DNA of 55,624 nucleotides from Armatimonadota bacterium (GTDB lineage: Bacteria; Armatimonadota; UBA10988), in NCBI GenBank assembly GCA_016235455.1, contig JACRKZ010000023.1:1-55624 (forward strand). The letters run 5' to 3'. How positions within the stretch are numbered: the stretch's first letter is position 1; each line of letters opens with the position of its first letter. The position numbers and the translations under genes are program-made. Positions 8,773-17,700 of this stretch are shown here, piece by piece. A model generated the notes under the pieces. That model ran no database searches. It was not told the DNA's origin and saw only the letters and a list, made by a program, of their open reading frames with translations.

Positions 8773-11700
8773 TCAGCGGACCGTCAGGTTCACCACCTGC
8801 TTAGCCATCTCGCCCTCCTCGGTGTAGGCCGTGACCTCGACGATGTAGCTGCCGGCGGGCACCAAGCGCCCATCGGCGTCCTTGCCATCCCACGACAGCG
8901 CGTTGCTGCCGCTGGCGCCGTCCACGGTGAGCTGCCGCACAACGCGGCCGCCCAGGCCCTTGACGGTCAGCACGACCTTGGCATCCGCGGTGAGCGTCAC
9001 GGCGATCGGCACGCCCTGCGCCCGCGAGCGGGTCGCACCGGCATGGACGTCGGTGATGTTCAGGCCGCGCGAGCCATGCGGGTCGAGCTCCACGTTGAAG
9101 GCCCGCGTCCCGCCCGAGGTGCTGTAGGTGTAGGCGGCGCGGCTGTTCATGACCACGCGCTGGCCGTTGGTCGGGTCAACCAGCGTCAGCCGGTGATGCG
9201 CCGGCAGCGCGCGGGTCAGGCCCTTCCAGCTCAGCGTCACGTCGCCGGCCTTGGCCGCCGTCACATTCAGGCTCCACAGCTGCTTCTTGGTGAACGGACC
9301 GGTGCGCACATCGCTGGCCGCGCGGCCCGCGTCGTCCACGATCTCCGCCCGCACCACCGGAGTGACCGGCGCGTCAGGCGGAGCGGCGGCGCGCAGGCGC
9401 TTGTCGCCCGCACCCAGGAAGACCTGGGACGAACCGCCTTCGGTCGTCGCATCGATCGTCGCCACCCAGGAGCCGGCCGTCGCCGCCGCCCGCGTCTCCG
9501 CTCGGCCACTGGCCACCGGAGCTTGCAGGCGCACGCTGACGCCGGGCTGGTTGACCAGCCACCAGAAGCCGCGACCCGGCTGCACCGTGCCACTCACGTT
9601 ACCCGAGGCGGAGACCGACGGGTCGAGCATGAGCAGGTACTGCAGCGCCGGATCCCAGCGCCAAGCGTACGGCTCCACCAGCGCTTGCGCCGCCGCCGTG
9701 CCGAGGTTGCCCACCAGCCCGCCGTTCCGGTACACATCGATCCGGCTCAGCGTGAAGTTGTAGGGCACCGGGTACGGGTTGGCGACCATGTTCCAGCCTT
9801 GGCTCATGGCCATGGGCGCGGCGCTGGCCACCGGGAAGGGCTGCGTCTGGTCAGTCAGGTCGCCGACCACGGTCAGCGTCAGGTAGTCCTGGAGCTGCAG
9901 CCAGAAGCCGCGGCCCGGGACCATCTGCAACGGGGCCTGGGTCTGGGCTGGGCTGTACAGCATGTAGGTCTGCTGCGCGCCCAGCCAGGTGGCCAGGTCG
10001 AAGTTGCTGGCATTGGCCAGCACCGCTTGCGGCCGCGGGTCGCGCGGCAGAGCGCCGACACCCATCATGTGCAGGCCCGGCGTGTAGGTCTGGACCACGA
10101 AGCCCACATACTCCACGTCGAAGGTCTGCGCGATGGTCACCTGGCCCGAGCCGTCCTCACGGTCGACACGTGCCCGGAACGTCACGGTCTGCGCCTTGGT
10201 GCTGGTGGCCGTGAAGGTCGTCTGACCGTTCGCGTCCGTCGCCACCGTCGGCAGGTTCACCGTGACACCGGTCGCCGCCGTCGTCGTGCCCACCTGGAAC
10301 ACGTCCACGTGGAAGCGAGCCGGGTCGATGCCCGGGATCGGGTCGCCGGCGGTGCCGACGCTGTCGCGCATCTCGATGGTGCCCGTCACCTTGGCCAGGT
10401 TGTTGCCCAGCAGCGGGTTGTCCGCCGTGAAGGTCAGCGTCGACCGCGCCGGATCGGGATCCGGGTAGCGGAAGACGAGCGTGATCTCCGCCAGCTTGAC
10501 CGGAGTGCCGCCGGCCGGCACCAACGATGCCTGGATGACGGCGCCCGGCACATTGCGCTGGGTCGCGGTCACCGTTGCCGTCACCGTGCCCGCCGAGCCG
10601 GTTGTCGTGCTCGGCTGCACCACCGCCACACCACGGCCGTCCGCCACGCTGAGCGTCACGGTCTGGCCGGGGATCGGGTGGTTCAAGCGGTCAGTCAGCA
10701 GTGCGGTCAGCGTGGCCGCATCGCGCCCGTTGGGCCGCATGGTCGTGCGGTCGGCGGTCAGCACGATGGTGCTGCCGTCGCCCACCACGAACCGGATGGT
10801 CGGCTGCTGGCTCAGCGTGATGCTCGGCACCGGCTTCACGCCAGCGGCCGGCTGGCCTGCCGCAGGCCAAGCGACGTTGACCGTAAAGGTCACGTCGACC
10901 GGCACCGCCGGCATGTTGCCCTTGATGGTCGCCGTCGCCACACCTTGCGCGTTCGTCGCCGTCAGGCCACTGATGACCACGCCGGCCGCGGGGTTCGGCG
11001 TGATGGTGATGGCGCTCGCCGGCACACCGGCCACCGGACTGGCCGCGTCGCTGCCGTCCTTGACAGTGATGGTGATGGTCGACGTATCGGTGTCGTCCGC
11101 CTTCATCGAGGCGTTGCTGATCGTGACGCTCGAATTCGCCACGCTCAACTGGTCGCGGAAGTCGACCTGCGGCTTGTCCGCCAAGGCTGTCGTCGTGCCG
11201 CGGTAGACCACCCGAGTGGTGAACTCGATGATGCCCGACAGGGTGCTGGTCACCGACGCCGTGGTCTGGCCGTTGGCGTTGGTCGGTCCATTGACGGTAA
11301 CCACCACGCCGTCAGCCGGCGTGTACGGCGTCGACGAACCAACGGCCGCACCCGTGATGAGGATGTCCGATGCCGGCAGGTTCGGGATCGGCGCGTTGCC
11401 GAGGCCGTCGTACACCGTCAGGCTGAAGGTCACGGTATTGACCGCGTCAGCCGCGCCGTTCACGCGCTTGCCGCCATTGGCGAGCACCGTCGTCTTGTCG
11501 GCCGTCACGTCCGAGCGCGAAGCGTCGATCGGACCGACCTTGAAGACTACCGTCTGGTTGTTGGCCGCCGGCATGTCGTCGGCGGGCGACTGGAAGCCGT
11601 CGCCGGCGACGTCCGTCTGGACACCGAACACGTAGCTACCAGCCTTGGTCGCCGTCACCTGGACGGTCAACTGGCCGTTAGCGTCGGAGTCGGCCGGAGG

Positions 11701-14700
11701 CGTGCCGATCGTCGCTGTCCCACCGGCCGGGCCACTGATCTGCACCACGCGCACCCGGTCGCGGCTGAAGCCGGACAGGACACAGTGCGAGGCGCTGTTG
11801 TCGTGGATCGAGATGCGCAGCACCGCCGGGAACACGCCGTCGGCCACCGGTTCGGTGTTCGGGTCGGCGAACGGATCCACCGCCAGCGTGGTCTGGGTCA
11901 CTTCCGGATTGCCGGCGGTGATGGTCAGCACCTCGCTCGCCGGCTGGTCCACCGGGTCCAGACTCACGCCTGCCACCGCCGCACCGAAGGTGACCACGGT
12001 GTTGGCGCAGTTGACGCGGTCCGTGGCGCTCACCGCGGCGGTGATCGTGCCGCCGGGCAAAGCCCCACTCGGCGCCGACGTGGTCTGCGCCGTGCCTTCC
12101 GCGGGCACCATCGTTACGAAGGTGTGCGGGTTCGGCGAGGCCACGTGCAGCGAAGCGTTGCTGACACCCGCCAGCGGGGTGCCGAGCACGTCCGCCAGGG
12201 CCAGCGTCACCGTCGAGGTCTGGCGGCCGGTGATGTTCTCCGCCTGCACCGTCTTGGGATTGACGGTGATGCGCGATTGCACCGGGTTGCCGTTGACCCG
12301 GACCAGGTTGGGCTGGCCGGTGTTGCGGGCAAAGGTCGTCGTGTTGCCGGTGGTCGCGTCGATGATCAGGCCCGTCACCAGCTTCAGGTTGTCGTCCGCC
12401 TGGATGAACCGGCTGGTCGGCACGTCGACGCTGAACACGCCTGCAGCATCGCTGTTCACGGCGGCGAGGCGCTTCTGCACCTGGCCTTGGTGACCGGACA
12501 GACTCGGCACGTTGATGGCCAGGTCCTTGGCCTCATAGATCTCGACGCGGGTGTTGGCCGGGGCCTTGCCACCCACCACAATGGTCGTCGGGTTGGACTT
12601 CACCAAGCCGTTGAAGTAGAAGTTCGGCGAAGCGACGACCGGGCCGTTGATGCCACCGCCCACGTTGTCGGTGATCATGTTGCCGCGCACCACACAACCA
12701 GTGCCACGGGCGATGTTCACGCCCCAGCCGCCGTTGGTGGTGATGAGGTTGGCGTTGTTGCCGCTGCCCTTGCCAGCGACGGTGCTGTTGGACAGGAACT
12801 CGCTGTTGGCCGACAGACCGATACTCGCGTTACCGCAGTTCTGGCCGCCCGCCACACCGAGCACGATGCCGTCGCTACCGTTGCCGGTGATCGTCGACTG
12901 ACGCACCACGTAAGTGCCCGAGCCCGTCAGCGACAGGCCCGGCGCCCGCGTGGCGCCCGTGCCGTTGGTGTTGGCCTGGGCGTTGGTGAAGGTCAGCGCG
13001 CCGCTGCCCGTGACCACCACGCCGGGTCCGCCGTTGCTGTCGACGCTGCCACCGGTGATGGTGGTGCCGCCACTGCCTGCGTTCCGCACGCCGGCACCGG
13101 TGTTGGTCGAGATGGACACGTTCGGCGCACTGATGGCGCCCGCGCCGGTGACCGTGACGCCGTCGCCCTGGTTGCCCGTGACGTCGCTGGTGGCCAGCGT
13201 CACGCTGCCGCCGGCGGCCACACCGTCGCCGGTGTTGCTGGTCACCGAACTGCCGGTCAGGCTGATGGCTGCCGTACCCGTGCTGCTGATGCCGGCGCCG
13301 CCATTGCTGCCCACCGCGCTGTTGGTCAGCGTGATGTTGCTGTTGGTGGTCGCCGAGATGCCCACACCGTTGGTGTTGCTGGTCACCGGGCTGGTGTCCA
13401 GCGTGATGATGCCACTGTGGGAGGTGACCAGGCCGCCCGCGGTGTTGGCCCGGACTTCGCTGTTGGTCAGCGTGACGTTGCCCGCGCCCGACGCCGTCAG
13501 GCCGGTTCCGCCGTTGCTGGTCACCGGGCTGTCGGTCAGCGCCGCGCCGCCGTTGGTGGCCACGCCGATGCCGCCCGTGTTGCTGGTTACCGGCGAGGTC
13601 GCCAGCACCATCGCGCCGGTGCTGGTGGACAGCACGCCGCCGCCGGTGTTGTTGGTCACGGCGCTCCGGGTCAGGCTGGTCCCGGCGGTGCCGCTGACGC
13701 GCACGCCGTCGCCACCGTTCTGGCTGATGGCGCTGTCCGTGGCCAGCACGCCGCCGGCCGTCGTCGCCCCGTGGCCACCCGTGTTATGGGTGATGGGCGA
13801 CGTGTCGAGGGTCAGCAGGCCCGTGCTGCTGGAGAGGACGCCACCGCCGGTGTTGTCGCTCACCGCACTGCGGGTCAGCGTCACCGCGCCGGTACCGCTG
13901 GCTACCACACCGTTGCCACCATTGGTCGAGATGGGGCTGTCGGTGATGACCGCGCCGCCCGCCGTGCTCGCGCCGATGCCGCCGGTGTTGCCGGTGACCG
14001 GGTTGGTCACCAAGGTCAGCAGGCCCGTGCTGCTCGACAGCACGCCGCCGCCGCTGTTGCCGATCACATCGCTGCGAGTCAGCGTCACGGTGCCCGTACC
14101 GGTGACCAGCACGCCGTTGCCGCCGTTCGGCTGGCCGGCCGTGGCGCCACCCACCGGGCAATCGGTCAGGGCCAACTGCCCCGCCGCCACCACGCCACCA
14201 CCCGTGTTACCACGGATGGGGCCGTTGGTCGCCGCCATGGCGCCGGTGGACGTCGAGGACAAGCCGAGGCCGGCGTTGCCCGTGACCGCGCTATCCGTCA
14301 AGGTCAGCGTGCCCGTGCCCGGCCCGGTCACCACCACGCCGCCGCCACCTGTGTTGGAGGTGACCGGGCTGGTCGTGAAAACGATGGTCTGTGGAGCGTT
14401 GGCCTTCACGCCGCCGCCGCCGTTGCCGTTCACCGGGCTGGTGGTGAACGTCAGCCCACCCGTGCCCGCGGAGTCGAGTCCGCTCTGGCCGTTGCTGGTC
14501 AGCGACGTCTGGTCGAGCACGAGGTTGCCGCCGCTGCTGGCGTCGACCAGCACGCCGTCGCCGGCGTTGTTGGCCGAGTCGCAGTTGGTCAACGTGATGT
14601 TGCCGTCGGCGCGGATCTCATAGCCGGGGCCGAAGCCGCCGTGCACCGGGATGTCCGTGAGCGCGAAGGCGATGTCGGTGTCGAGGCGCACGCCCGGCTG

Positions 14701-17700
14701 GCCGTTGGCCGCGCCGCTGGCCTCAACGGTCGTCGCCGCCGGAATGGTGAAGGTCGAACTGAGGGCGGTGGGCTGGCCCAGCCAGACACCGCCGCCGTCG
14801 TTGCCGCCATCGGCGATCAACTGCGGCACGCGGCCACCGGTCTCATGCCAACCAAACAGGTTGTCCACGATGTTGACCAGGCCCGTGCGCACCGCGACCG
14901 CCGGCCGCGGGTTGCCCGCGGTCGCGGCCGTGCCGTTACCCACGAAGATGTTGCGCAAGCGGTGAGTGCCGTCGGCCCCACCCACTGTCACCGTCGACGC
15001 GGCCGTGACGTCGATCAGGACGCCTTCGCCGCCGTTGCCCACGACCGCCGAGCCACTCTCGCTGAGCCCGATGGCGTTGCCGTACACGTAGCCGCGCGCC
15101 GGGGACGAGAAGCTGATGGCCGGACCCGTGTTGCCGCTGATGACGTTGCTGGAAGTCAGCGTCGAGCGGCCCGTGTCGGGATTGGCCGGGTCGTCGCCGA
15201 CGCGCACGGCGCGAGTCGCGTCGTTTACGTCGATGAGCACACCGCCAGCCACGTTGCCGGCCGCCACGTTGCCCGTGTCGTCGGTGCCGATGAAGTTGTC
15301 ATAGATCAGCGGCGCGTTGTTCGGCGATCCGGTGGTCGTGTACTGCCCCTTGTAGTTGATGCCCCAGAGGGTGTTCCGGCCGATCACGTTGCGTCGAGCC
15401 GTGCGGTCCAGGGCGACGGTGGTCGCGTCACCGATCTGGATGCGGCCCGTGACGGCACGGTCAACGTACACGCCGTTGCCGGCGTTGCCGGCGGCCAGCG
15501 TGCCGTAGACGCCGATGGAGTTGCCGCGGATCAGCACGTCGTCAAGGATGCTGCCGCTCGAGGCACCGCCAGCCTGCATGATGCGCACGCCGTCGCTGCC
15601 GTTACCGGTGATCAGGTTGCCCGACGTGGTGGTCGCCGGCTGCTCGGGGTAGACGCCGATCACGACGCTCTGGCGGTTGTTCACCAGGTTCATGTCGTTG
15701 ATCAGGATGCCGGCCCCGGTGTTGCCCACGATGGCACCCGCCGCGCCGGCGCGGGTGGAGCCGATGGTGTTGCCCCAGATGACTGTCGAGCCGGAGCGCA
15801 CGTTGACGCCGTTGCCGCGGTTGCCGCCGATGGCGTTGCCGCGAATGGCGTTGCCCCACGTGATGACGTTGCTGACCAGCGTGATGTCCGTGGTCGCACC
15901 CGCCGGCGCGTGGTTGCTCACCCAGTTCTCAATGTAGACGCCGTCGCCACCGTTGGCCACGGGCAGCGTGCCGTCGGAACTGACGCCGATGTAGTTGTTG
16001 TTCAGGTCGTTGATCTGTCCGCCCTGGACGTGGACACCCGACTGCGTGTTGCCGCCGATGACGTTGCGGTTGGCATTGCTGCCGTCGCCCAGCACCAGCT
16101 TGCCGGTATGTCCGGCCGGCAGGTAGACGCCGTGGGTGCGGTTGGCCACCGCCGCCGTGGCGGCGCGGGTCACCGAGGCCAGCGCCTGGGTCGTGTCGTC
16201 GCCGCTCACGTTGGTGCCGACGAAGTTGGCCGCCATGGTCAGCGCGCCCGAAGCCCGGAAGTAGACGCCCGAGCCGACGTTGCCCGACAGCGTGTTGGCG
16301 CTGAGCACGTTGGTGCCCGTGCCGGTGATGCGCACGCCGTCGCCGTCGTTGCCGATGGCCGCCTGGCCGGTATCGTCGGTGCCGATCTTGTTGCGGGTGA
16401 CCGTGTTGTTGCCGGTGGCCGGGATGTTGATGCCATGCCCGCCGTTGCCGGAGATGACGTTGGCCTGGCGAGCCGCGACGCCACCGATCACGTTGGCGCC
16501 GGCGCCGCTGATCAGGATACCGTCACTGTTGTTGCCCAGGTCGACGAAACTCGACCCGCTGGCCGCCGTGGGGCCCGCGCCGATCAGGTTGTTGATGACC
16601 GTGGCGATGCCGGTACCGGCCATGTTCACGCCCTGTTGGCGGTTCCACACGATGGTGTTGCCGTCGTTGGGGCCGGTGCCGCCGATGGTGATGTTGCCGA
16701 TGGAGGCCGTGTCCACGAAGACACCCGCGCCACCATTGGCGAACGGGTTGTTGCCATAGGTGGTGGTCGTCAGGCTGGGGTCGGCCGGCCAGCCGCTGGT
16801 CTTGAGCGGACGGCCACCGATGGCGTTGCCGAGCACGATGTGGCTACCGGCGCCGGTGAGTTGGACACCGTCGGCGGTGTTGCTGTCGGGCGCGTTGGCC
16901 GAGATGAAGTTGCCCTCACCCAGGACCGAGCCGCCGATGATCTGCGCGGCCGCCGCGTTCACCAGCACGCCGCCGGCACCGTTGCCGGCCGCGTGAGGCA
17001 TGGTCGCGCCGCCGCCAGTCTGGTCGCCGTCGTCCAAGCCGACAAAGTTGCCCTTGACGACGTTGGAGCCGCCGCTGGCGTCGCCTTCGATGCTGACACC
17101 GTACTGCGTGTTGCCACCGATGAAGTTGCGCTCGCCCGGCAGGGAACCGCCGATGCGGTTGACGCCGGTGGCCTGCTGCGTGATGGCGATACCGTTGCCG
17201 CCGTTACCGCGCGTGCCGACACCGCTCGGGGTCAGGCCGATGTAGTTGCCGACGATGCGGTTACTGCCGTCATTGTCGTTCGTCGGGTCAGCGTCCTGCA
17301 TGTCGCCATCGCTGCCAAGGATGGAGATGCCGTTGCTGTTGTTACCGGAGATGACGTTGCGCTCGGAGACCGACTGGCCACCGATCTGGTTGTCGCCGGT
17401 GGCGCCGGCGGTGACTTCCACGCCGTTCACGCCGTTGGCGCCGCCGCCACCATCGCGCGCCACGCCGATGTAGTTGCCGGTGACCACCGTGTCACCGCTG
17501 CCTTGGATGCGGATGCCGTCACCGGAGTTGTTGGCAATGGCATTGAGGCTGGCCGCCTGCGCGCCACCGATCAGGTTGTCGTCGGTGCCGATGATGTTGA
17601 TGCCGTGGCGGTTGTTGGTGATGTTGTTGTTCTCGATGATGTTGGCGAACACTTCGTTCGGATTCGCGGTTTGCAGCGGATGCAGGCGATCGCCGTAGTG

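Noticed and set aside
13276-14320. Periodic repeats considered as a CRISPR array or diversity-generating retroelement
   Set aside because: They are in-frame, degenerate coding repeats with no spacers, cas genes or reverse transcriptase.
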